This document shows positions 1 through 9,986 of a stretch of DNA of 64,000 nucleotides, one piece after another. The notes under the pieces were generated by a model that was not told the origin of the DNA, made no database searches, and saw nothing but the letters and a program-made list of their open reading frames with translations. Made by a program: the position numbers and the translations under genes. Source of the DNA: Candidatus Bathyarchaeia archaeon. GTDB taxonomy: Archaea > Thermoproteota > Bathyarchaeia > Bathyarchaeales > Bathycorpusculaceae. Each line of letters opens with the position of its first letter. The stretch's first letter is position 1. The stretch is taken from NCBI GenBank assembly GCA_050012255.1, contig JBEKHN010000002.1, positions 96,001 to 160,000 on the forward strand, read 5' to 3'.

Positions 1-819
1 ATAACGCTGGTTGTAGTACAGCACATAATTTCCACCTCTTCGTTATCGCAACAATTGCAGCCCTTCTATTTCAGTTTGAACTTTTTCGACATTTTTCATG
101 TTTACTATGGAAATATAGGCATCTGGTTGTTCATATTTGCAAGTGGTTGCTCTTTGGCTCTCAACTACCCAAACGTTGACACGATTGAAGCCTTGAAGAA
201 CTTTTTCGCAAAAAGAGCGCTACGCATTTACCCCGCCTACTGGGCAGCAATACTTTTCAACATCACAATATTCAACGCGGTCATTCCGTCTCTTTCGCTC
301 ATAGATATCGCAAAACTGGTTTCGGGGTTCCAAGCCTTCTTCGCGTCGACACTTGAGGACTTCTACGGAAAAGTCAACGGGACCTTTTGGTTCATAGGAG
401 TAATAATTTCACTGTATTTGTTATATCCGATTGTTCTTAAGATGATTAGAAAACGTCCAAATGTGTCACTCTTCATATTGCTGATTATTGAGATCAGTAC
501 TCGAATAATCTTCAGCCACATTCCCGGAATCGTCAGAGGATATGATTGGTTTCCTTTGTGTAGAATTTTCGATTTCGGCCTAGGAATATACGTTGTCCAA
601 AGAAACCTCTTTTGGAAAGCTTCCAATCTTTCTGAACCTGTAACGTTTTTGGCAAATATTAGTTTCCCGATATATCTAGTACATATCCCACTGCTGGTTC
701 TAGTTAACTATAACATCGCCCTTTTCTTGTTAGCACTTGTCGTAATCTCAGCAATGCTGTACACCTTTGACGTTGCGCTAAGACAACGAATTAAGAAAGC
801 GTACCCTCAGATAGCATGA
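1..819 (+). CDS. Acyltransferase family 3 (OafA/YrhL-like) membrane protein, 5'-truncated by window edge
   Basis: Frame is open from base 1 (ITLVVVQH...). Motifs LFIFASG, FFAKRALRIYPAYW, FWFIGVIISLYLLYP and ISFPIYLVH are typical of Acyl_transf_3. Confidence 0.85.
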   Translation: MTLVVVQHIISTSSLSQQLQPFYFSLNFFDIFHVYYGNIGIWLFIFASGCSLALNYPNVDTIEALKNFFAKRALRIYPAYWAAILFNITIFNAVIPSLSLIDIAKLVSGFQAFFASTLEDFYGKVNGTFWFIGVIISLYLLYPIVLKMIRKRPNVSLFILLIIEISTRIIFSHIPGIVRGYDWFPLCRIFDFGLGIYVVQRNLFWKASNLSEPVTFLANISFPIYLVHIPLLVLVNYNIALFLLALVVISAMLYTFDVALRQRIKKAYPQIA

Positions 820-1162
820 TTCAAAATGCTCATTTCGGTTTTGCGTGGTGCCTTCTGTTGCAGTGCTTTCGTCCCACAGATAGACTTTTGAAAGGTTTGA
901 GTGTTGAGCAAAAGGCAACGCTTTTACAAAACTTAAACGCGGGCTCTGCGGTGTCATGAATGCAACTGTGACACAGGGATTACAGAAATCTTCAGATCCT
1001 ATTTTTGGATCTTCAATGCAATTAGCGCACGCGCTCACTGTTCCCTTTTCTGTTGCATTGGCGTATTAAACGTGGATCAGTGTTTGAGTTCTACACTTGT
1101 TGGGGAAGGTTTATTAAGTCGCAAGATACACGTCACGAGCAAGGTTTAACGGTGAAACAAGA

Positions 1163-1597
1163 ATGAAAAAAACCATGCCTCCAAGAAACAAGAACAAGCC
1201 AAAAAGCAGGAACACACAGAATCCATGGGTTCACACAGAAGCTGTAAAAGTTCTGAGAACGGTAGGAGACCAAGAAGCTTTCTATTTCTACGAAGCTGTT
1301 GGAAAACCAACTGGCGAAGTTGCAAGAAACCTCTCTGATTTTCTCGATAGGGTCAAGTCTATCAAGTCAGAGAGCCTGATGTTCCATCTTCAGAGAAGAG
1401 ACTTTCAAAACTGGGTCGAGAAAATTCTCGGTGACTCCAAACTTTCGGAAGAACTAGACAGGCTTTCTCCTTTAAACAGCAATGACATCCGAGCGAAGAT
1501 TCACGAAACCGTCGAGAATCACGTGAGAGAACTAAGAGAATCATCTGCACAGATCTCGGTTGCCGAGAACGCCGTCGTCCTCCTGCCTTACCCTTAG
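1163..1597 (+). CDS. DUF5752-like protein
   Basis: AFYFY...ARNLSDF...SLMFHLQRRDFQNWVEKILGD..L pattern. Confidence 0.7.
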   Translation: MKKTMPPRNKNKPKSRNTQNPWVHTEAVKVLRTVGDQEAFYFYEAVGKPTGEVARNLSDFLDRVKSIKSESLMFHLQRRDFQNWVEKILGDSKLSEELDRLSPLNSNDIRAKIHETVENHVRELRESSAQISVAENAVVLLPYP

Positions 1598-1617
1598 AAT
1601 TTGCCACTTTCTATATC

Positions 1618-1642
1618 GAGCCCATGCACAGGGCTCTTTTTT
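1618..1642 (+). terminator. Hairpin plus T-run, probable terminator
   Basis: GAGCCC-atgcaca-GGGCTC-TTTTTT starting 21 bp after the stop at 1597. Confidence 0.5.
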
Positions 1643-1791
1643 GTTGCATTAGTGTCTAGATTTCAGTTACTTCGCCGCCATTTCCCAAAAAATAGCGTTC
1701 CACAACTACTTTCGGGTCAGGATTCCTGCCCCGGTGATTTATCCTTCACCCAAAATGTCGCGGCGGTCTCTAGACGGATAAGCTGCACCTG

Positions 1792-3915
1792 TTATCGCCC
1801 ATTCAATAGTTCCAGCATAGTGAGAAAATCTGTTGTTGGCCGGTTGCAGACGTGGCTTCGGCACACAAACGCCGTTACCTTATCTCCCTCACCGTGCAGG
1901 CTCTCTGTGAATTTGGCAATGTCAGTTATTTCTTGAGACTTCTCGGCTGAGGAGCGGAGTATCACGACTTTTCTGGGAAGAAACTTGCTCCAAAGAGTTT
2001 GCAGCATCCTGGCCGTGTCTTCTTTCTGCGGGTCTCCCACAACTACTACTTCACTTGAGGGCCCCAGTGCGAAATCAAGGACGCTCATTAATTGGGTATG
2101 GGCAGAAGGATCCTTTATCACTTCAGTTGAGAAGGCACGCATCAACTGTGCTGCTTTCTCTTCAAACCGTGTTTCGCCCGTCATTCGCGCCAGGTAGATC
2201 AAATCCAAGACTGCAGCAGAATTGCCTGATGGATAGGCACAATCACAGATCTCTTTGCTTCTCACGATGGCTGTCTCCGAATAGTCGGCAGTCTGATAGA
2301 AGCCTCCAAGGTCTTTGTCCCAGAAGTGTGCAAGCATCCTGTCTGCTAGGTCGATGGCGTACCGGAGGTATTTCGTTTCAAAGACCGCTTCGTAGAGTTC
2401 TATGAGACCCCAAGTGAAGAAAGCGTAATCGTCCAAGAAACCGTCTATACTTGCTTCTCCTTCTCGGTAACGGTGAAGGAGCTTTCCTTCTGCGTCGCAT
2501 AAGTTTCCGATTATGAAGTCAGCGGCCTTTCTCGCTGCTGCCGAGTACTCAGGCCCATCGAAAACCTGGCTAGCCTTTGCCAATGCCACGATCATTAAGC
2601 CGTTCCAGTCAGTGAGAATCTTGTCATCTTTGCTTGGGTGAACGCGTTTCTGGCGAACGGCAAGAAGCTTTTGACGGGCTTCTTCGATTAGTTTCTGAAG
2701 TTTTTCTGGCGAAAAGTGCAAGTCCACTGCTAGTTCAGCGGGCGGTTTTCTCAGGTAGAGAACATTCTTTCCAGTCTCCTTGTCAGTTGTTGCTTCCACA
2801 AAGTTGCCTTCTTCTTCAGTGCCGAAGACCTTTTTAACGAGTTCCGCTTCGTCTTCAGGCAACGCTTGCCTGATTTCTCGTTCAGTCCAAAGGTAGAATT
2901 TTCCCTCCTCACCTTCGGTGTCAGCATCTTCAGCCGAATAGAAGCCGCCTGTTGGGTCGGTCATGTTGCGCAGGACGTATGCGATTACTTCGCGAGCTGT
3001 CTGCTTGTAATCTTCTTTTCCTGTCACCTGATAAGCCTCGGTGTAAGCTGTGACGAGCATTGCTTGGTCGTAGAGCATTTTCTCAAAGTGGGGGACACGC
3101 CATTTCGTATCTGTGGAATAGCGGTGAAAGCCGAAGCCTAAGTGGTCGTAGATGCCTCCCAGCCGCATGGCGTCGAGGGTTTTTTCAACTATTTGCAGGG
3201 CTTTGTCGTGTCGAGTTCGCTTCCAGTATCTTAGAAGGAAGCTCAGGTTGTGAGGTGAGGGAAATTTCGGTGCGTTCCCGAAGCCGCCGTTGCCTTCGTC
3301 AAAGTTCTCTGCAAGGGGCAAGTATGCTTCGTCCAAGGTAGATTCAGCAAGTTCTTCAGTTGGCTGCAGGCTTCTTGATTCATTTTCTCTCCCTTTGAGA
3401 AGCGCTGTGATCTTCTCTGCAGAGTCGATGAGCTCGTTTCTTTTCGACGCCCAGAGTTGCTTGATTTGCGGTACAAGTTGTTTCATTCCCAACTGCTCGA
3501 ACCTGTTTTCTCTAGGGATGTAGGTTGCAGCGAAGAACGGCTTCTTGTCAGCAGTCATGATTATGTGCAGAGGCCATCCGCCTGTTCCCGTGATCGCTTG
3601 GCAAACTTTCATGTAGGCAGCGTCCAAATCTGGCCTTTCTTCGCGGTCCACTTTTATGCATACAAAAGTGTCATTGAGCATTCTGGCGACTTCTGGGTCT
3701 TCAAACGATTCTCTCTCCATCACATGGCACCAGTGGCATGCTGAGTAGCCGATGGACAGGAAGACAGGTTTGTCTTCCGCGCCGGCCTTTCGAAAGGCTT
3801 CAGCACCCCAAGGATACCAATCCACCGGATTGTGGGCATGCTGCAAAAGGTAAGGGCTCTTCTCACAGATCAGCCTGTTAGACGTTGAATCCTTTCCAGA
3901 GGTCATCGTCAACAT
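1792..3915 (-). CDS. Thioredoxin-domain / six-hairpin glycosidase-like protein (YyaL/SPATA20 family)
   Basis: [53 protein letters not shown]. Start uncertain (3915 or 3906). Confidence 0.92.
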   Translation of the reverse strand: MLTMTSGKDSTSNRLICEKSPYLLQHAHNPVDWYPWGAEAFRKAGAEDKPVFLSIGYSACHWCHVMERESFEDPEVARMLNDTFVCIKVDREERPDLDAAYMKVCQAITGTGGWPLHIIMTADKKPFFAATYIPRENRFEQLGMKQLVPQIKQLWASKRNELIDSAEKITALLKGRENESRSLQPTEELAESTLDEAYLPLAENFDEGNGGFGNAPKFPSPHNLSFLLRYWKRTRHDKALQIVEKTLDAMRLGGIYDHLGFGFHRYSTDTKWRVPHFEKMLYDQAMLVTAYTEAYQVTGKEDYKQTAREVIAYVLRNMTDPTGGFYSAEDADTEGEEGKFYLWTEREIRQALPEDEAELVKKVFGTEEEGNFVEATTDKETGKNVLYLRKPPAELAVDLHFSPEKLQKLIEEARQKLLAVRQKRVHPSKDDKILTDWNGLMIVALAKASQVFDGPEYSAAARKAADFIIGNLCDAEGKLLHRYREGEASIDGFLDDYAFFTWGLIELYEAVFETKYLRYAIDLADRMLAHFWDKDLGGFYQTADYSETAIVRSKEICDCAYPSGNSAAVLDLIYLARMTGETRFEEKAAQLMRAFSTEVIKDPSAHTQLMSVLDFALGPSSEVVVVGDPQKEDTARMLQTLWSKFLPRKVVILRSSAEKSQEITDIAKFTESLHGEGDKVTAFVCRSHVCNRPTTDFLTMLELLNGR

Positions 3916-3951
3916 TACCCCTGTGTACTCAGAGCAGGAGTACAAAATAAC

Positions 3952-4950
3952 TTATCCAGTAGGCGCGGTTTTGAGTAGTCTGTATGCTTGTTCCTCAATC
4001 TCGGCTATTTCCACCAAGCTGTTCGATGCTTCCTGCCTGTTCTGCTTCAGAGCTGCCTCACAAAGTTTCTTAATCTTCTCTCCGGATCGTCTGAAAAGAG
4101 CCGATGCCTCAGTCCAAACGTCTACGCCGTACTTGGCTCCTAAAACGTTGAGCACATCTGCTTGCCAGAACCGCATTCCATGACTGTTTTCGAAAGTCTT
4201 AGGTAGCAGCGGAGGGGTTGTCGCATAAGTGACCATATGTTCAAAGCACTTCTTGTTATCCCATTCAAGAATCTCATCGGCAAGCCTGCGCATCGCAGGG
4301 ATGCCAAACAGCTTCACAGGCGGGTTCAAGAACCGTTCAGCCTTGTAGCAGAAACCCTTCTCGGCAACTTCGAACTCAGACGGCAATCTTTCAGGAAAGT
4401 TAAACTTCCTTATCGTGTTTCTCTTACTCATCCCTAGTACGTTGACGTCCAAAGATTTCTCAAACTCATCGTATGGTACCCGCTGGACACCTTCACGGCT
4501 ACAATCATGCACGAAGACAAAGCGTTCCTCATCATCGTATCCAATGACGAGAACATAATGAATGGGAACGTGGAGTTTCTTGTAGAGATCTGGGTAGTAT
4601 CGCAGATAGTACATGTCAAGAGCTCCGGCCACAACGGGATGTCCATCGTCAATGAACTCTTTCAGCTTCGGAAACGTGTTCTTGAACGTCTTCCCCTCGA
4701 TCACAGTCTCTTCGAAACCAATTATTCTGGCGAGATCCTTCATCAGGTACTTGGGATTGGCACCCCAAAACACCATGCAGGGCGGGTCTGCCCTCTTGAA
4801 GCGAAGATAAGTAAAACCCGCCATACCACCAACAACAGAAAGCAAGAAATCAGTATAGCGCGCTCCCCTCCACGAAACGAGATCTTCCAGTCCGTTGACA
4901 TAGCATGTGGATTCACACACTCTATGTGGTAATGTGTGCAGCTTTTTCAC
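3952..4950 (-). CDS. BtrH N-terminal domain / C39-like papain-fold protein
   Basis: Candidate catalytic Cys (STCY), His (IHYVLVIGYD) and Asp (VHDC); LDMYYLRYY. GTG start at 4950 follows a GGTGG RBS-like site. Confidence 0.7.
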   Translation of the reverse strand: MKKLHTLPHRVCESTCYVNGLEDLVSWRGARYTDFLLSVVGGMAGFTYLRFKRADPPCMVFWGANPKYLMKDLARIIGFEETVIEGKTFKNTFPKLKEFIDDGHPVVAGALDMYYLRYYPDLYKKLHVPIHYVLVIGYDDEERFVFVHDCSREGVQRVPYDEFEKSLDVNVLGMSKRNTIRKFNFPERLPSEFEVAEKGFCYKAERFLNPPVKLFGIPAMRRLADEILEWDNKKCFEHMVTYATTPPLLPKTFENSHGMRFWQADVLNVLGAKYGVDVWTEASALFRRSGEKIKKLCEAALKQNRQEASNSLVEIAEIEEQAYRLLKTAPTG

Positions 4951-5263
4951 ACGACCCACCCAGTTCCATTGAGCAGAGGCTGAATAAGCCCAGGCCCAAA
5001 ATAAATAGCTACTGTGACAATCCTCAGCTACATAGTCATCCAAAAACACCAGCCTGTTCCATTTCGTACGTCAGGTCAGAGTGCTGCTCGCCCAACCTTG
5101 TGTTGAAACAGGAAAATAGGGGAATTGCGGGAGCAAACGGTCATTAAACGACTGATATCTGAATTGAAGTTTCTTCCACAAGCCACAAAAAAGCCGCAAA
5201 GCAAAACTATGAAGTATGTGAGGTATTTGTCTGGGTAAGGAAGCGGGTCGTATAAAGATCACG

Positions 5264-5542
5264 GTGCTCAAACGGTTTGACACTAAAGAGGTATTCAAAG
5301 ATCCTCCAGTCAAGGCAAAGTATAGTGGTCCATGCTCCATCTTCAAGGAAGGACAGGTGTTCTATGTTGATGACAGCATGCCAAGCGGGTTTTGCCCTTA
5401 TGCTTGGGGCGCAATCTTCTTGGCAGTTATAACGCTCAAGTCAAATGGCAACTTCAGCGAGTGGTATGATGAACGTGGAGTTGCAGTAGGGTGCTGCACA
5501 GACGGATTAAGACCAGTGGTCTTCAAGCTAGAGCGAAAATAG
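5264..5542 (+). CDS. TIGR04076-family small Cys-rich protein
   Basis: PCSIFKEGQVF...PSGFCPYAW...CCTDGLRPVVFKLER. Confidence 0.8.
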   Translation: MLKRFDTKEVFKDPPVKAKYSGPCSIFKEGQVFYVDDSMPSGFCPYAWGAIFLAVITLKSNGNFSEWYDERGVAVGCCTDGLRPVVFKLERK

Positions 5543-5733
5543 CGCGCGCTTTCCAACTCCTCTCACTCATAGTCTCTCTTACAGACGCACAGATACACGC
5601 ATAGCGCGCGATTTCTGAAATAATGCAGAATTGGATGCAAGTTGAATTGATATGCACGATCAAATGCCAAAGAAGACTTGTCAACAAACTATATATGCCG
5701 ATTTCACCATCACAGGTCAGGGGAAAAGGAGAT

Positions 5734-5820
5734 TGTTAAGGAAAGCATTTTTCTGCAGTCATGTTCATCATGCTTCTGATGAGTGTGTTGACTGTGGCAT
5801 TCGACATCCAACCGTGCGCG
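5734..5820 (+). pseudogene. Frameshifted relic of a signal-peptide-coding 5' end paralogous to the downstream gene
   Basis: GGAGA RBS plus TTG. Removing one T from a T5 run gives LLRKAFSAVMFIMLLMSVLTVAFDIQP, resembling MKRKMVSTIALTLLLTSLLTLAFNIQP of the next gene. Confidence 0.5.
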
Positions 5821-5843
5821 TTAGTTGAATTGGAGAAGGGAGA

Positions 5844-8312
5844 ATGCTGTTTATGAAGAGAAAGATGGTTTCAACAATAGCGCTCACACTGCTGTTAACC
5901 AGCCTGTTGACATTGGCATTTAACATTCAACCGACTAAAGCAGAACCGCGAACATGGACTGTGGATGATGATGGACCAGCAGATTTTCACACAATACAAG
6001 AGGCCATGGACGCGTCAAGCGACGGAGACACGGTATTCGTGTACAACGGGACTTACTATGAAAATGTCGTTGTCAGGAGTAATGTTTCGCTTGTCGGAGA
6101 AAACCGTATCGGTACGATCATTGACGGAAATGCAAGCGCACACGATCTGTGGGCTCAGTCTGCGGTACGACTATGGACCAGTTCTAATGTGACTGGATTC
6201 ACAATACGAAATGGAGGCTTTGGTGTTGAAGATCAACGGGTTGTGGGTTTCTTTCCTGTATTTACTGGCAATAGAATAGAAGACAATCTGATCGTAAACA
6301 ATGTTGTCGGAGCTATTTTTCTGAGGGGCTGTGCAAACGATACCGTATCCAACAATGTCATAGCAAACAATGCGCTGTTCGGCATTCATCTGTGGAACGC
6401 CGGCAACAACACAATAACGAACAATACCGTGGTAGAAAATGGGTATGGCATTGACCTCTATGGCAACTGTTACGACAACACCCTAAGAAACAACAACATG
6501 ACCGATAACGATTACAATTTTGGGCTGATCCTGCTCGAACAGACATGGAACTGGATTTTTGGTTTGGGAGAGAAGCCTGGGCTCTACAACGACGTGGATG
6601 CCTCGAACACCGTCAACGGAAAGCCCATATACTACTGGGTAAACCGGAGAAATGAGCAGGTTCCATCAGACGCCGGATACGTTTGGTTGAACAATTGTAC
6701 AGGCATCACAATCGACGGGGTCAATCTGTCAGGCAATCTCCAAGGCATACTACTTCATTCTACAAACAACACATCAGTCAGAAATTGTACTATTGACAAT
6801 AATGTATGCGGCATATATCTATTGATAGGCAACAACAACACACTTGTTGGAAACACACTCAACGACAATTTGGAAGGCATTTACCCTGGTGATTTTTCAA
6901 TGTTCACAACCATGAGAAACAACAGTATTAGCGGTGGCCAAATGAACTTTGGCCTACCCCCGAAAACAATAAGTCGCTCGCCCAACATGGATCCGCTAGC
7001 TGAATTCCTGAATGACATCGACATGTCTAACACTGTTGATGGCAAGCCAATAATCTATTGGATAAATCAGCACGACCAAAAGGTTCCAACGGACGCTGGA
7101 TGCGTGATACTGATAAACTGCACAAACATATCGGTTGAGGATTTGAACCTGACGAAAAACGTTCAAGGCGTTCTTGCGGTAGCTTCAAACAACACGATCA
7201 TAGCAAACAACTCGATAAGTGACACCGTTTATGCTATTGATGCCAAAGGCTATCGCTACTTGTCGCGCGCGGACGATGAGTGGCTGTTCGTCGATTATAC
7301 TTCTTTCAACACCACGGTCAAGAGAAACATGATAGTTGATAACGGAGTGGGAATGCGGATCTCGAGCAACAGTAGCATCATAACAAACAATACGGTTTTG
7401 AGAGATCCACTTGGAATCTACCTCCCCGATGCATTCGGTAGCATCATCTCAGGGAATTTGGTGAATGGGAGCGACATCTGGTCTCTCATAGAAATGCATC
7501 GCTTTCCTGAATTGGCCCCCTTTTTCCCCGAGGAGGCTTGGGTGGAACTTTCACCCGAACTGAGAATGTTGGAAGTTGGAGCGATGATTTTGGGGGGCAG
7601 CTATAATCTTGTTCAAGACAACACCTTTGCTGACAGCTTTATCGGCATATCAACAGGCGCGATCTATGAATACGGCAGCGGTAACCTCATTTTCCACAAC
7701 AACTTGATCAATGATACGTCTCCCGCCGCGCAAGCGCCAGGGATCAACTTCTGGAACACCGCTTATCCTTCTGGCGGCAACTACTGGAGTAAGTACAACG
7801 GCACTGACTTCTACAGCGGTCCTTATCAGAACGAAACTGGAAGCGACGGCGTAGGCGACACTTCCTTCAGCGTTTTTGTAGGTAATATAGATCTTTATCC
7901 GCTTATGGCTCCATGTGGCACGTTTGATGCTGGAAGTTGGAATGAAACGGCCTGCAACGTTTACGTGGTGAGCAACTCTTCTGTTTCAGGCTTTCAGGCT
8001 GACATCACCCAGAAAACGCTGAGTTTCAACGTTACCGGCTCCGAGTCTACAGCCGGCTTCTCCAGAGTAGCCATCCCCAACATTATCGTTCAAGACTTGT
8101 GGCAGGGCAACTACACCGTTCTTCTGAACGGAGAGCCATGCCCATTCAGAAACTGGACAGACACCACGAACACATACATATACGTAAACTACACCCACTC
8201 ACAACACCAAATAACAATAGTACCAGAGTTTCCATCATTACTCATTCTACCACTATTTATGATAGTAACACTGCTTGCAGTCATAGCCTACAAAAGGAAA
8301 AAAAGCAAATAG
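5844..8312 (+). CDS. Secreted right-handed beta-helix (NosD/CASH) surface protein with PEF-CTERM-like sorting signal
   Basis: Signal peptide; DFHTIQEA; Asn-rich beta-helix repeats; two internal copies of D.D.SNTV.GKPI.YW.N; GGNYWS; C-terminal VPEF + TM helix + KRKKSK. Confidence 0.85.
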   Translation: MLFMKRKMVSTIALTLLLTSLLTLAFNIQPTKAEPRTWTVDDDGPADFHTIQEAMDASSDGDTVFVYNGTYYENVVVRSNVSLVGENRIGTIIDGNASAHDLWAQSAVRLWTSSNVTGFTIRNGGFGVEDQRVVGFFPVFTGNRIEDNLIVNNVVGAIFLRGCANDTVSNNVIANNALFGIHLWNAGNNTITNNTVVENGYGIDLYGNCYDNTLRNNNMTDNDYNFGLILLEQTWNWIFGLGEKPGLYNDVDASNTVNGKPIYYWVNRRNEQVPSDAGYVWLNNCTGITIDGVNLSGNLQGILLHSTNNTSVRNCTIDNNVCGIYLLIGNNNTLVGNTLNDNLEGIYPGDFSMFTTMRNNSISGGQMNFGLPPKTISRSPNMDPLAEFLNDIDMSNTVDGKPIIYWINQHDQKVPTDAGCVILINCTNISVEDLNLTKNVQGVLAVASNNTIIANNSISDTVYAIDAKGYRYLSRADDEWLFVDYTSFNTTVKRNMIVDNGVGMRISSNSSIITNNTVLRDPLGIYLPDAFGSIISGNLVNGSDIWSLIEMHRFPELAPFFPEEAWVELSPELRMLEVGAMILGGSYNLVQDNTFADSFIGISTGAIYEYGSGNLIFHNNLINDTSPAAQAPGINFWNTAYPSGGNYWSKYNGTDFYSGPYQNETGSDGVGDTSFSVFVGNIDLYPLMAPCGTFDAGSWNETACNVYVVSNSSVSGFQADITQKTLSFNVTGSESTAGFSRVAIPNIIVQDLWQGNYTVLLNGEPCPFRNWTDTTNTYIYVNYTHSQHQITIVPEFPSLLILPLFMIVTLLAVIAYKRKKSK

Positions 8313-8588
8313 AGGATAGTTCCATAACAGTTTGTTAGACTTCAGCAAACATCAATAATGTTGGAAGTCACTCCTTAGATAGGGCTACTTCGGGAGAAGT
8401 GTCCACTTACGAACGCACAATTCGCTCTAGGTTGCCGTTAGAAGCTGAGAAAGAGAGAGTGGCAAAGCGCTAGTGTCTTCCGACCTTTTTCTCTGAAAAA
8501 CGCGCGGGCTATTGTTGTGAATTCTCCGTTGTATTGAAGTGCCTGCACCTAATTGGGGGCGGTGTTCTCACTGCTCGATTATGGATAT

Positions 8589-9986
8589 CTATTTGCCCGC
8601 TATTTGGACACCTTCAAATCTGATGTGAGGTGTTATGCATCTGCCCGAGATTTGGGCTTTCTGGGAGATGCCAGAGATTTGATTGAGCAGACCGCTTGTT
8701 TTGTGACCTTTCGTATCTTGGCTATCGAGCAGGAATCCGTTGATCTGGCCGCCTTTCAGCGGTGTTGAGAGTTCTCCTTTCTTGATGAGGTACGCGTTTC
8801 TAATCTCCGAACCGAAAGAGGTGGTAACAGAATCGGAACCACCACTAGACAGTTGTTCCAGGTAAATCCCTTCCTTCGTCGTTTCGATCATCTCGTCTAA
8901 ACTCATGTCTCCCGGTTCAACGATGATATTCGTTGGCTGCACAGAAGGCAACATCGCGTACTTGAGGTCAACTCTGGTGAATGCCAATGAAAACGCTGGG
9001 AGCTTTTGGCCGTTCCCAGTTGAGTCAACGTTAAACACGGCCGCATACATTGCGTCGTAGAGAAAACTCTTGTGTATTCCCTTTTCGATGAGGGTCGTTC
9101 TTGATTGGGGTGTTCCCTCGTCGTCGAAGCTCGACGACCCAAGGGCGTAATCGAAGACTCCATCATCGTGGACAGTGAGTTCCCTAGAGCCTACTTGTTC
9201 TCCTTTTTTGAACCTGGAGATTCCTCTGAAAACAGAGGATCCAAGACAGTGAAAGCCCACGGTGCTAGGAAGTATGCTTCCCAGGATTTGAGGAGGAAAA
9301 ATAACTGCTGTCTTCATGGTTTTCGGAACCTTCGCCTTCAAGGCGTCCTCAGCCAGCTTCACCCATTTTGGAATCTCCTCGCTCAGGTGCAAGTCATCTG
9401 CTCTTCTGACAATATGCATTGGCCAATACTCTGCAAGCTTTCCTTCCTGTTCCGCTTTCAACGCTAGCTCAATGTAGAAGAAGGTTTCTTTTTTCTCTGC
9501 GTGCAATCCCTCGCTGTTGCGGATCACAGTTGACACGTTGTATGTTCGAACCTTCCCGAACGTTGGCAGAACCGTTTTTGACTTTCTTAGGAGTGAAATC
9601 AGTTCCTCAGTCTTGTCTTTGACGACTGTCTCGGCGTCTGAAGTGATCTTGGCGTCCGCGACTTTCACTGTCGGATACTTTGCGGGTTTTGGCAGTGTGT
9701 AACCCGGGTATTCAGTGATTCTGGCTCCGATGGAAGCAGTCTCTAGACATCTCTTTATGTGCGCGGGTCGCAGGGAATTTCCACTTCCGATGCCGATGCC
9801 GACTTTCTTGTTCTTTGGTTTTATTACTCTGACAGCGTACCCTGAGTTTGTTATCGGACCCCTTACAGTTTCGACGTCGAAGTTGCGGAGCTGAACATCG
9901 TATTCTTCAGCGGTTTCAACGTAGATGTCCCATTGGCCGATGCGTTCTTCTCTCAGAATTTTCTGGATCGAGTTGATTTCGCTCAT
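8589..9986 (-). CDS. TldE/PmbA family protein
   Basis: SFDDEG.P...LIEKG, STGNG; lacks HExxxH; overlaps the upstream TldD gene by 4 nt. Confidence 0.85.
   Translation of the reverse strand: MSEINSIQKILREERIGQWDIYVETAEEYDVQLRNFDVETVRGPITNSGYAVRVIKPKNKKVGIGIGSGNSLRPAHIKRCLETASIGARITEYPGYTLPKPAKYPTVKVADAKITSDAETVVKDKTEELISLLRKSKTVLPTFGKVRTYNVSTVIRNSEGLHAEKKETFFYIELALKAEQEGKLAEYWPMHIVRRADDLHLSEEIPKWVKLAEDALKAKVPKTMKTAVIFPPQILGSILPSTVGFHCLGSSVFRGISRFKKGEQVGSRELTVHDDGVFDYALGSSSFDDEGTPQSRTTLIEKGIHKSFLYDAMYAAVFNVDSTGNGQKLPAFSLAFTRVDLKYAMLPSVQPTNIIVEPGDMSLDEMIETTKEGIYLEQLSSGGSDSVTTSFGSEIRNAYLIKKGELSTPLKGGQINGFLLDSQDTKGHKTSGLLNQISGISQKAQISGRCITPHIRFEGVQIAGK

Noticed and set aside
4951-5150. Short minus-strand frame with two in-frame TGA codons (MEQAGVFG*LCS*GLSQ) as a possible selenopeptide
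   Set aside because: Very short, no SECIS-like hairpin or homology recognised, and no Sec machinery in the window.
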